NCBI RefSeq assembly: GCF_000237865.1
Contig: NC_017459.1
Coordinates: 720,001 to 752,000, forward strand
Length of the DNA stretch: 32,000 bases
Source of the DNA: Haloquadratum walsbyi C23
GTDB taxonomy: Archaea; Halobacteriota; Halobacteria; Halobacteriales; Haloferacaceae
Reading direction: 5' to 3'
Of the stretch, positions 16,631-24,655 are shown piece after piece. The translations under genes and the position numbers were made by a program. Within the stretch, counting starts at the first letter, position 1, and each line of letters begins with the position of its first letter. The notes beneath the pieces were generated by a model that saw nothing but the letters and a program-made list of their open reading frames with translations, was not told where the DNA came from and did not search any database.

Positions 16631-17962
16631 CTATGCAGGGGCGCTTTCAAGTGCATCTGCTGCTCGCTTGGCTTCGTGCTGGATGAGATATGATCGTTCA
16701 TCAACATGCTCTGCGGCTGTTTGAAGTGCATCTCGTGTCCCAATTTGTCGAAGCGCCCATGCAGCAGCGGCGCGGACATCATCACTTTCATCTGTGCGAA
16801 GTGTTTCCCCAAGTGGCTGAATCGCCCGTGTGTCTCCAATGAGTCCAAGTGCCCGTGCAGCGTATGGTCGGACATTATCATTTTCCATTATGAGTTTATT
16901 TGCGAGTGGCTGTGTCACACTTGATGAGCCAATCTCGCCAAGCGCTCGGAACGTTACCTTTTGTAGTCCTGGATCAGAGTCCTCGTCAATATATTCACTT
17001 AGAGTCTCAACAGCATCTGTTGCTCCAGATCCCATTCGACCAAGCGCTTTAATCGCTGTTTTATCTCGTCGTTGTGCGAGTTCGTGCATCTCGTCGAATG
17101 CAGCAGGATCAGCCATTCGAACAAGCGCATTCATACAGTGATCCTGCATAAATTCCGACTGAAGACTTTCTTTAGCGAGTAAAACCATATCAACGCGCCC
17201 CCGCTTTTCCCACTCTTTGAGTGCTGACCACTCTGGTGGAAAGTCCTTGTAATGTCCAAGAACGTCATAATAGCCCTCAGCCATTAATTGCTCATTCACC
17301 TCAAGATCGTCCCACTCCTCGGCGCTCTCAAGATCCTCTGTAAGCGTCTCAGCGGTCTTGATTAGTGTTTCAATTGTCGCTGCGTCATCATCAGCGTCAA
17401 GACCCTCATCAGCAATTGCGCTCATACAGCCATCGAGTTGCGTAATAAGTCGTGCCTCCTCATCGCTATTACTCCCATCACCATCAGCAGGCACATCTAT
17501 CTTCTCCAGCGATGTATCGACAGTTATTGAATTTGAGACTGTCTCAGCGATATTGGTATAGGTTTCATCAACAGTGTCAGTAATTGTGCTCAATCCAGTT
17601 GCAGTCCAGCGAGTCTCCTCAATTGTCGTTGTGGCTTCCTCGAGAGACTCAATCACATCGCTTGCGTATGGACCACGTTGGATGTCGAGTTCTGATTCGA
17701 GGTCCTCAATGCGAGCTTCAAGTTCATCTGTTGGATCCTCCTCGTCATCATCATCAGGCTCTGGAAGCGTTGATGCTTCGAAATCATCCGTAATTGTCGC
17801 AAGTGTTGTCTCAACCTCATCAAGTGCCGATTCGGTTTCAGCAGCATCAAGCGCGGATTCGACATCATCAAGACGACTTATAACACTCTCAGGTGTCACA
17901 GCGATCGACGTCTCAGATTCGGGAGCATCATCAGCAGCCGTCTCATCGTCCTCATCACTCAT
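16631..17962 (-). CDS. HEAT (PBS-lyase-type) repeat protein with a long acidic N-terminal region
   Basis: The C-terminal half shows repeated HEAT units (DKTAIKALGRMG..., FRALGEIGSSSVTQPLANKL, VRPYAARALGLIGDTRAIQPLGETL, DVRAAAAWALRQIGTRDAL). The N-terminal roughly 200 aa is Asp/Glu/Thr-rich. Confidence 0.8.
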   Translation of the reverse strand: MSDEDDETAADDAPESETSIAVTPESVISRLDDVESALDAAETESALDEVETTLATITDDFEASTLPEPDDDDEEDPTDELEARIEDLESELDIQRGPYASDVIESLEEATTTIEETRWTATGLSTITDTVDETYTNIAETVSNSITVDTSLEKIDVPADGDGSNSDEEARLITQLDGCMSAIADEGLDADDDAATIETLIKTAETLTEDLESAEEWDDLEVNEQLMAEGYYDVLGHYKDFPPEWSALKEWEKRGRVDMVLLAKESLQSEFMQDHCMNALVRMADPAAFDEMHELAQRRDKTAIKALGRMGSGATDAVETLSEYIDEDSDPGLQKVTFRALGEIGSSSVTQPLANKLIMENDNVRPYAARALGLIGDTRAIQPLGETLRTDESDDVRAAAAWALRQIGTRDALQTAAEHVDERSYLIQHEAKRAADALESAPA

Positions 17963-18017
17963 ATATCGGATTATCTATTTGTACCTAAAAAGAGCGTTTC
18001 CTTTCTATTCGCAGTCA

Positions 18018-18935
18018 TCACACATCATTTAGTGAGCGCGCAATCGAAGAATCAGGCGTATCAAACGCTGTTGGATGACATAATCCAGCGATAATCTCGA
18101 GTGTATCAACAAGTCGGGGACCTGGTCGGTTGACATATCCATTGCCGTCAATGGCACCGACGACACCTGTCTCGACAGCAGGGAGTGTGTCCCATGCATC
18201 ATCAGCAGTTGATTTAATCGATTCAACCGCTTCAATTGCACGCGATAGCTCAAACCCACAGGGCGCAACAAGAAGCACTTCAGGAGCGAATTCCTCGATA
18301 TCTGCCCATCGTTGTGGCGTTGATGAACCACCATCGATGAGCCCCGGTTCACCACCTGCTCGTTCAATGAGCTCAGGGACCCAGTGTCCGCCGGCAATGA
18401 TTGGGTCTGTCCAATCAAGAGCAACTGTCCGTGGTCGAGTCGATTCCGCAGCAACCCGTGCGGCACGCTCAGTGAGAGCCTCAACCCGTGTGGTTAATTG
18501 ATGGCGATAGTCTGTTGCAAGATCGGGAACTCCAACGGCAGTACCGACACGTTCGATATCAGCAAGCACATCTGTGAGTGAGTGTGGATGAAGTGTCATG
18601 ATGTCAGCGTTAATATCATGAGCAGCGACAGCCTCATGTACAGCAGTTGAATCAACAGCACAGACCTCACATGTATCCTGTGTGATGATCAGATCCGGAT
18701 CAAGCGCTGAAAGCGCATTGATATCAAGATCGTATGCACTACCCTCAATTGATTGCATTTGTGAATCGATATCACTGGCAGACTGATCGGGACCATACTC
18801 AACCGGTGTGCTCGTGAGTGTTGGTAATTCATGCACTGATGATGGGTAATCACAACTATGAGAGACACCGACAGGATCGACACCAAGCGCAGTAAGGATC
18901 TCCGTCGATGATGGAAGAAGTGAGACAACACGCAT
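18018..18935 (-). CDS. BtuF/TroA-fold (class III periplasmic-binding-protein-like) protein without a signal peptide
   Basis: It starts directly with the first beta strand of the fold (MRVVSLLPSSTEILTALGVDPVGVSHSCDYP), then LDPDLIITQD... and EVLLVAPCGF. No N-terminal hydrophobic or lipobox segment is present. Confidence 0.8.
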   Translation of the reverse strand: MRVVSLLPSSTEILTALGVDPVGVSHSCDYPSSVHELPTLTSTPVEYGPDQSASDIDSQMQSIEGSAYDLDINALSALDPDLIITQDTCEVCAVDSTAVHEAVAAHDINADIMTLHPHSLTDVLADIERVGTAVGVPDLATDYRHQLTTRVEALTERAARVAAESTRPRTVALDWTDPIIAGGHWVPELIERAGGEPGLIDGGSSTPQRWADIEEFAPEVLLVAPCGFELSRAIEAVESIKSTADDAWDTLPAVETGVVGAIDGNGYVNRPGPRLVDTLEIIAGLCHPTAFDTPDSSIARSLNDV

Positions 18936-18999
18936 ATACGAACAATATATATCTGTCGGAAAATACCCACCGGATAATCTTGAGAATCAGACAATTTTT

Positions 19000-19025
19000 T
19001 CGATAACAGAAAATCATTTTATCGA
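19000..19025. promoter_or_regulatory. 7-bp inverted repeat TCGATAA-N12-TTATCGA in the divergent BtuF-like/dpsA spacer (candidate operator)
   Basis: The arms are at 19000-19006 and 19019-19025, about 45-70 nt upstream of the dpsA ATG (19069). Function is inferred only from position. Confidence 0.3.
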
Positions 19026-19068
19026 TGCCAAAAACATTAAGTTGCTCGCAGTCTAATATGTATATACA

Positions 19069-19617
19069 ATGAGCACACAACAAACAGTTCGACTCCGAGC
19101 TGACGAGGTCGAAGGTAGTGACGCGCTTCGGATTGATTCTGAACGTGCATCACAGTTGGTCGATGCGCTGAACACAGATCTGGCAGCGACGCAAACGCTA
19201 TATCATCAACTCAAGAAACATCACTGGAACGTCGAGGGTGCAGAATTCCGTGACCTGCATCTATTCCTTGGCGAAGCCGCTGATGAGGCTGAGGAGTTCG
19301 CTGACGAACTTGCAGAACGTGCACAGGCACTCGGTGGCGCACCGGTTTCAAGTCCATCAGCCATCTCAGAACGATCACCAGTCGAACCAGAGAATGAGGA
19401 TGTCTATGACATTCGAACATCACTCGGGAACGACATGGAAATGTACGGTGACATCATTGAGACGCTCCGAGATCATATCGAACTTGCGGAGCGACTCAAC
19501 GACCCAACGACAGCGCACATGCTAAGAGAGAATCTTATTGAAGTCGAAGACGCTGCCCATCATATCGAACATTATCTCGAAGACGATACACTTGTTGTCG
19601 AATCAGCAATGCAGTAA
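19069..19617 (+). CDS. dpsA: Dps-family DNA-protecting ferritin-like protein
   Basis: LYHQLKKHHWNVEGAEFRDLHLFLGEAADEAEEFADELAERAQALGG contains the Dps ferroxidase-site residues (H..W...G..F..LH......E......D.LAER). Confidence 0.92.
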   Translation: MSTQQTVRLRADEVEGSDALRIDSERASQLVDALNTDLAATQTLYHQLKKHHWNVEGAEFRDLHLFLGEAADEAEEFADELAERAQALGGAPVSSPSAISERSPVEPENEDVYDIRTSLGNDMEMYGDIIETLRDHIELAERLNDPTTAHMLRENLIEVEDAAHHIEHYLEDDTLVVESAMQ

Positions 19618-19777
19618 GCTGCATTCATTTCGAGATTCCTTCCATCCTCTTCAGCACTCGTTGGACTGACCGTATCCGACTCGTAATTCTCTATTTTATT
19701 ATTCGCATAATAACAAATCTGCACCGCCCGCATCGATAAAAGTGGTCAGATAATCGACTATTTATTCCAACAGTGAA

Positions 19778-19960
19778 TTATCGCTCAAGTGATTCTGTAA
19801 GTGTTGCATCGCACGCAATCCACGCGTCAGCATATCCATCCTCGGCGAACACAAGTCGATCAGGCGAAGTTTGGTGTGCTGACACACGGTCAGTTGCTGA
19901 TTCAGCATCTTTAGTCCCGCTTCGGTCTTTACTCTCGTCCGGTAACTCCGGATAACTCAT
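19778..19960 (-). CDS. small acidic haloarchaeal protein (hypothetical)
   Basis: A 60-aa ORF with composition typical of the proteome. The C-terminal pattern RLVFAEDGYADAWIACDATLTESLER resembles a small-protein family I recall from haloarchaea (..AWI.xD....L..). The overlapping plus-strand ORF is Ser-rich antisense noise. Confidence 0.45.
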   Translation of the reverse strand: MSYPELPDESKDRSGTKDAESATDRVSAHQTSPDRLVFAEDGYADAWIACDATLTESLER

Positions 19961-20200
19961 GTATCAACCCATGATATTCGGGGAGATTAAACGCTTTTGG
20001 TCAGCCTAAAAAATTGCATCATATTCACTCATTATGGGGTCAGTATCCAACCGATCTCGGTTCATCCAGACATTACTAAGATAATATATTATCAAGGACA
20101 ATTGACACTTGTGATTTCTGCTCTTCACACCACAGTGAGACAGTGTAGGCGCAGACCAGACGGCGCAGGCTTTTGCCGCTTGGCACGCTAATATAGGTAT

Positions 20201-21211
20201 ATGTCGGATCGTAAGCCCGAGAATCAAGATGACACAGATGACCTCGCTGTGCTTCTTGATGATCTCAACACAACCCTTTCAGCGCTTGAGGAGGCGGTCG
20301 ATGATGAACAGCAATCATCGTCAACTCGTTCGTCACAGACAAGTCGTGATCGAAATAGCGCTTCTCGTGATTCGTCGGTCCAGAGAAGGGATGGCGCGCA
20401 GACAGACAACCGCAGTGAAGATGATGGAGGGTCATCAATTGGTAACGTGTTCCGATTCACCGAGGAATACACGCTTCCGGCGCTCATTTCAATTCTTGAA
20501 ACAACGATTGAATCACTTGAGTTGCTACGTGGTGTGCTTCGGTTCGTTGATCCTGAACAATCAGCGTTCCGTGACCGAAGTCAGACTCAAAATAGACGGA
20601 GGCGAGGGCAGTCTCCTCGTCGCGACCCGGTCTCGACAGTTGGTCGCGAAGCACTGTCAGGGCTTGATCGCGCACTTTCAGAAATAGAGGAGACGCTTGC
20701 GGCTGATAATGATCAATCACTCCCGAGTGATCGTATTCCGCGTGATCTCCTTGCTGATGCACGCGATCTTTCTGCAGAGGTTGCAGATCGACTTGGTGAT
20801 GTGCAAAATAGACCTGACCGTCGCCGTCAAAGAGACACCCGTGAACTCCCCCGTAATCGACCGGATGATACGACTAGACAGGAGCGCCAACGGAGTCAAG
20901 ATTCGAATAATACAGCCGAACAGCGGCAGAACGAGGGTGCTGTGACAATCGATGTTGATGCTCCGCGTAAGAATGCGAATAATGATGACGGAGAAAACAA
21001 GTCTTCTACGGACACTCATTCGGATGTAACGATGATGGATAATAATGCTGCGTCCAATTCTGAGTCGGTCAATGTTGACGTCGAATCAGAACTCGCATCT
21101 ATCAAGGATACTGTTGACCCGGATGAACGATTCATCGATACCGATGCCGATGCCGATAATAATACTGACTCTTCGGATGATGACAACAGCGGTGACAGAC
21201 AATCCGAGTGA
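20201..21211 (+). CDS. highly charged, low-complexity protein (Arg/Asp/Ser/Gln-rich) with a short conserved-looking helical core
   Basis: A 336-aa ORF whose only structured-looking part is the helical segment NVFRFTEEYTLPALISILETTIESLELLRGVLRFVDP. The remainder is RD/RS/RQ-rich (RRRRGQSPRRD, RPDRRRQRDTRELPRNRPDD) with an acidic tail. Confidence 0.6.
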   Translation: MSDRKPENQDDTDDLAVLLDDLNTTLSALEEAVDDEQQSSSTRSSQTSRDRNSASRDSSVQRRDGAQTDNRSEDDGGSSIGNVFRFTEEYTLPALISILETTIESLELLRGVLRFVDPEQSAFRDRSQTQNRRRRGQSPRRDPVSTVGREALSGLDRALSEIEETLAADNDQSLPSDRIPRDLLADARDLSAEVADRLGDVQNRPDRRRQRDTRELPRNRPDDTTRQERQRSQDSNNTAEQRQNEGAVTIDVDAPRKNANNDDGENKSSTDTHSDVTMMDNNAASNSESVNVDVESELASIKDTVDPDERFIDTDADADNNTDSSDDDNSGDRQSE

Positions 21212-21234
21212 GTGGGAAAAAAAGATAATATACG

Positions 21235-21666
21235 TTATTTGATGGGCTTGAATCGATAGCCATCCCATGCTTGTGAGTCCGGTTCACGAATCCCAGCAGT
21301 CGGGTCACGTAATTCCGAGACGTAAACTGGTTCTACACGGTCGCCAATCGTTATCTCTGTTGTTGTTACTTGTCCGATAGCCCGTACTGACTCATCATCA
21401 ATCTCAAATTCAACAATTGCGAGGGTGTTTGGTTCGCGAACGCCGGGTGGTGTTGCCGTTGCTTTTGTCCACGTGATAATCTCTGCAGTATACTCACGTA
21501 GATCAATCGTATCTACCGGTGGATTACCATCGGATCCAAGCGTATGTGCAGGATATCCAAGAGTTCCATCAGCATATCTGACGGCTGTCAACTCCGATTG
21601 ATTTTCTTCCTCAGCGGTGTTTGTGCCTGTAGTTGTGTTTGAATCAGCGGTATTCTCATCAGTCAT
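21235..21666 (-). CDS. DUF35-type OB-fold protein; beta subunit of a haloarchaeal-type two-subunit thiolase
   Basis: The OB-fold segment is GEIITW-like (AEIITWTKATATPPGVREPNTLAIVEFEIDDESVRAIGQV...IGDRVEPVY). Its ATG overlaps the thiolase stop (ATGA at 21663-21666). It contains no Cys at all, so there is no Zn ribbon. Confidence 0.75.
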   Translation of the reverse strand: MTDENTADSNTTTGTNTAEEENQSELTAVRYADGTLGYPAHTLGSDGNPPVDTIDLREYTAEIITWTKATATPPGVREPNTLAIVEFEIDDESVRAIGQVTTTEITIGDRVEPVYVSELRDPTAGIREPDSQAWDGYRFKPIK

Positions 21667-22817
21667 TGTGCATTCTCTAAGATTGTTGTTGTCACACAGT
21701 TTCCAAATCCTCCAACATTACATGCAAGTCCAGTTTTAGCCTCGACCTGTCGTGGACCGGCATTATTGGTCACTTGCTGATAAATCTCATATACTTGTGC
21801 AATGCCGGAGGCACCGAGTGGATGTCCCTTTGATTTCAATCCCCCCGACGTGTTGATTGGTAATGCACCATCACGTGCGGTTATTCCTTCATCAGCCGCT
21901 TTCCAGCCAGCTCCTTTCTCAAAGAATCCGAGATCCTCTAATTGGAGGAATTCAAGAATCGTGAACATGTCATGTAGCTCAGCCACATCAATGTCATCAG
22001 AAGTAATCTCAGCCATCTCATACGCGTCATCTGATGAGTCAACAACACCGCCCATCGTCGTTGGATCACCGCGTTCATGAACGACATGAGTGTCTGTTGC
22101 ACCGCCAATCCCACTCACAATAGCATATGTATCGGTATATCTCTCCGCAAGTGACTCTGGGCAGAATAACAGGGCTGCAGATCCATCAGTAATCGGGCAG
22201 AAATCATATAATCGAAGTGGATCAGCAACAATCGGCGATTCAAGTACAGTCTCAAGCGAAACCTCCTTGCGAAACTGCGCATGTGGGTTATCAACACCGT
22301 TGCGATGGTTCTTGACCGCCACCTTTCCAAGTGCCTCCCGTGGTGCATCATACGTCTCGAGATATAATCGAGCTGTCAGACCCGCGAATGATGGCAGTGT
22401 TATCCCATGTTTATACTCTACAGGATGTGTTAATGATGCAATAACGTCCGTTGCCTCAGCAGTCGTCCGATGTGTCATTTTCTCACCACCAACAAGTAAT
22501 GTTAGTTCTGATGCACCAGAGGCAATGGATTGCCATGCAGCATACACACCTGCTCCGCCTGATGAGGAGGTTTGATCGATTCGGGCGGTGTATGCGGGGA
22601 CTGCTCCCAAATCATGTGCAAGCGCGTTTGAAACGCCTGTCTGCCCTTCAAGCTCCCCACTTGCCATATTCGAGACATACAAATGCTCTATTGCATCGGG
22701 ACTCACTCCGGCAGTGTCAAGACACGCCTGCCCAGCTTCTGCGAGTAATTCACGAATCCATCCGTCTCGCTGTCCAAATTGTGTCATCGCTGCATCGATT
22801 ACTGCTACGCGTTCCAT
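21663..22817 (-). CDS. thiolase-fold protein; alpha (catalytic) subunit of a haloarchaeal-type beta-ketothiolase / acetyl-CoA C-acetyltransferase
   Basis: Thiolase blocks include VAVIDAAMTQFGQR, LLVGGEKM, NTSGGLKSKGHPLGASGIAQ and ACNVGGFGN. The nucleophile position reads TSSSGG (Ser, not Cys). I prefer ATG at 22815-22817 (MERVAVID...) over the ORF opening at 22889. Confidence 0.88.
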   Translation of the reverse strand: MERVAVIDAAMTQFGQRDGWIRELLAEAGQACLDTAGVSPDAIEHLYVSNMASGELEGQTGVSNALAHDLGAVPAYTARIDQTSSSGGAGVYAAWQSIASGASELTLLVGGEKMTHRTTAEATDVIASLTHPVEYKHGITLPSFAGLTARLYLETYDAPREALGKVAVKNHRNGVDNPHAQFRKEVSLETVLESPIVADPLRLYDFCPITDGSAALLFCPESLAERYTDTYAIVSGIGGATDTHVVHERGDPTTMGGVVDSSDDAYEMAEITSDDIDVAELHDMFTILEFLQLEDLGFFEKGAGWKAADEGITARDGALPINTSGGLKSKGHPLGASGIAQVYEIYQQVTNNAGPRQVEAKTGLACNVGGFGNCVTTTILENAQ

Positions 22818-23074
22818 GCTACTACGGGAACCGGCGGTCGTATATTCGTTTTCCTCTGTGTGATGCTCTTTGCGCAATTCAACCCTCATATTGCTTCAAG
22901 AATAGTATATTTTGATTTATGATAGTATCATCTCAATATCTTATCCTATCTTCGTTTGTCTTCATTCATTTCACCCTATGATGATCTCTCTGGGCTTTCT
23001 TAGACTCAGTTATGCTCTCATGATTGGCTTCTTTATCTCGAAGCGTTTACACGCGTGTCGGTCAGACAGCCGAT

Positions 23075-23491
23075 ATGCGTCTTGAATCCATCGCGCCGAC
23101 AGTCGGCGCATTTACCTGTCTCATTCTTGCCGGAGCAGTCTTCATACCAGCAGTGATTATCACCACTCCAGGGGTTAGTGTTGCAGATTACTATGCCGCC
23201 GGTCCATTCGGTATTTCTGTTGTTGGCTTTCTCGCATTATTGAATATTATTGTGTTTCTCGCCGGTAAGCAGGGTCGCACTGACCCGGTGACTGTTGCTG
23301 GGTTAACGCTGGTATCTGGGATTGCGATGGTTGGCTTTGCCAGTGTCTGGGCGATTTCGATTACATCAACACTGCTGTATGGGTTCCCGAGTCAGTATGC
23401 GTGGATTGTGAATCATCGCTGGATTATTGTCGGGCTTGCAAGCGTGACAGCCCTTGCCGGAAGCGGCTATACAACCGCTGTACTTCGCTAA
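23075..23491 (+). CDS. four-TM membrane protein (hypothetical)
   Basis: Four clear hydrophobic spans (e.g. VGAFTCLILAGAVFIPAVII, ISVVGFLALLNIIVFLAG). The ORF opens at a TTG at 23024. ATG 23075 (MRLESIAP...) is preferred. Confidence 0.55.
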   Translation: MRLESIAPTVGAFTCLILAGAVFIPAVIITTPGVSVADYYAAGPFGISVVGFLALLNIIVFLAGKQGRTDPVTVAGLTLVSGIAMVGFASVWAISITSTLLYGFPSQYAWIVNHRWIIVGLASVTALAGSGYTTAVLR

Positions 23492-23739
23492 TCACTCTCG
23501 AAAAAGATAGTACCGGCTGAGCAGTATCTTATTTCGATCTGTGGCTGCATCTGTGTCTCCGTTCACTATATCTCATTATCCTGGCTTCATTTATGTGAAC
23601 TCGCCAGAGTGATCTCAGTATACGCTGATGAGTGAAGCGTCAATGAATATCCTGTAGACACTCAGGCACTCAGGCACTGAGATTGACTACTCGTGATTGA
23701 CAATGTCGCCGCCGTCCGTCGATATTTCAATATTCGAGT

Positions 23740-23755
23740 CGAAAGTCCCTTATAT
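23740..23755 (+). promoter_or_regulatory. TATA-like box TTATAT (23750-23755), preceded by purine-rich CGAAAG, about 25 nt upstream of the inferred SRP RNA 5' end
   Basis: The spacing to the first paired nucleotide of the RNA (about 23777) fits archaeal TATA-to-TSS distance. Confidence 0.45.
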
Positions 23756-23776
23756 CCGTCTCGCATATTTTTGTGT

Positions 23777-24080
23777 GGACTAGGTTGGGCAGTTAGGCCC
23801 TGCTCTTCAACCCACCATTTCGGTCTTGAGTGGGAACCAAATCCGGGTGCGTTCGGTCAGACCGGTGCAGGCCCCGGAAGCCAACTAAGAAACCTCGTCC
23901 TTCGGGGACGGCGGTCCGTTGACGCTGACCGCAGGGTCAGTCCGAGACGGTTCGTCGCCGGTATCCCGTCAGGCGCGGAAGCGAGCAGCGAACTGGTGAA
24001 CGTTCGTCGCTCGAAGGGCCGCGGGGTGGAGGAGGCAACTGGGACTCCCTGTATCGGAACGCCGAGCAACCCTGTTGTCC
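23777..24080 (+). ncRNA. ffs: signal recognition particle RNA (archaeal 7S RNA), about 304 nt
   Basis: This is a GC-rich island in A/T-rich spacer. The helix-8 signature GUCAGGCGCGGAAGCGAGCAGCG has a GGAA tetraloop (compare the universal GUCAGGUCCGGAAGGAAGCAGC). A preceding hairpin, GUCC-UUCGG-GGAC, is a helix-6 candidate. The termini pair (GGAC/GGUUG at 23777-23787 with CAACC/GUCC at 24067-24080), as in archaeal helix 1. The ends are approximate to within a few nt. Confidence 0.85.
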
Positions 24081-24272
24081 GCTATTCATACCTTTCATTC
24101 CTTTCACTCAATAGTTGACGTTATCATACGTGTGAGAGCACTCGCCTGTGATCCATCACCTAGCTCTACTACTAACGTGAATATCGAGATACGTACCGAT
24201 GCGTCTCTGTGGTGGTAATTATGATGAGTGGAAAATAAAATCAGAAATTAGAAATCAGGGACAAATATCGTA

Positions 24273-24343
24273 TGCGCCGGCCGGGATTTGAACCCGGGTC
24301 ATGAGCTTGGAAGGCTCAGGTCATACCACTAGACCACCAGCGC
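24273..24343 (-). tRNA. tRNA-Gly (anticodon UCC); no intron and no encoded CCA
   Basis: The minus strand reads GCGCTGG-TG-GTCT-AGTGGTA-TGAC-C-TGAGC-CTTCCAA-GCTCA-TGAC-CCGGG-TTCAAAT-CCCGG-CCGGCGC-A. This gives a 7-bp acceptor stem (one G-U pair), a GG in the D-loop, a TTCAAAT T-loop and anticodon TCC. Confidence 0.93.
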
Positions 24344-24655
24344 ATGCTGCTATGTCACGCCATATGTATGACGTCACAATATTATGAATTAGTGCCTGGA
24401 ATAAGGATGTTTCTGTTTGAGTCTCTTCTCTCGCCACTGTGTGTCACATTTGGACGATCACTTGAGCACGCTTTGATTATCATTTAATTTCGATTTCTTG
24501 ATTTCCTGATTTCTCAGATAGACTTTATTCGTCATCGTCACCGTCACTACGGATAATATCTGTCGTAATAACTGAATCACACCGGTGTCATCTTCAGATA
24601 AAAAAGAAGAATACGACGAAAGTACTGCGCTGTGACAGAGAGCCGACGAATATAG

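Noticed and set aside
16549-16881. 110-aa minus-strand His/Arg/Tyr-rich ORF
   Set aside because: Its 3' part is just the NGTRAY hexamer array read in another frame, and the rest overlaps the 3' end of the HEAT gene out of frame.
17574-18032. 152-aa plus-strand Ser-rich ORF
   Set aside because: It is antisense to the acidic N-terminal half of the HEAT-repeat gene and is a low-complexity Ser run artefact.
23741-23748. GAAAGTCC resembling the RNase P RNA CR-I motif
   Set aside because: It lies upstream of the inferred transcription start in promoter DNA, and the downstream RNA carries SRP signatures, not RNase P signatures.
23693-24118. 141-aa plus-strand ORF (and the antisense 70-aa ORF at 23857-24069)
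   Set aside because: It coincides with the GC-rich SRP RNA gene. The Arg/Gly/Pro-rich composition is unlike the acidic proteome.
24249-24514. 10-bp inverted repeat (AGAAATCAGG / CCTGATTTCT) flanking tRNA-Gly, considered as a possible integration scar or mobile-element boundary
   Set aside because: Both arms sit in low-complexity GAAAT/GATTTC tandem motifs, where chance complementarity is likely. There is no duplicated tRNA 3' segment and no integrase.
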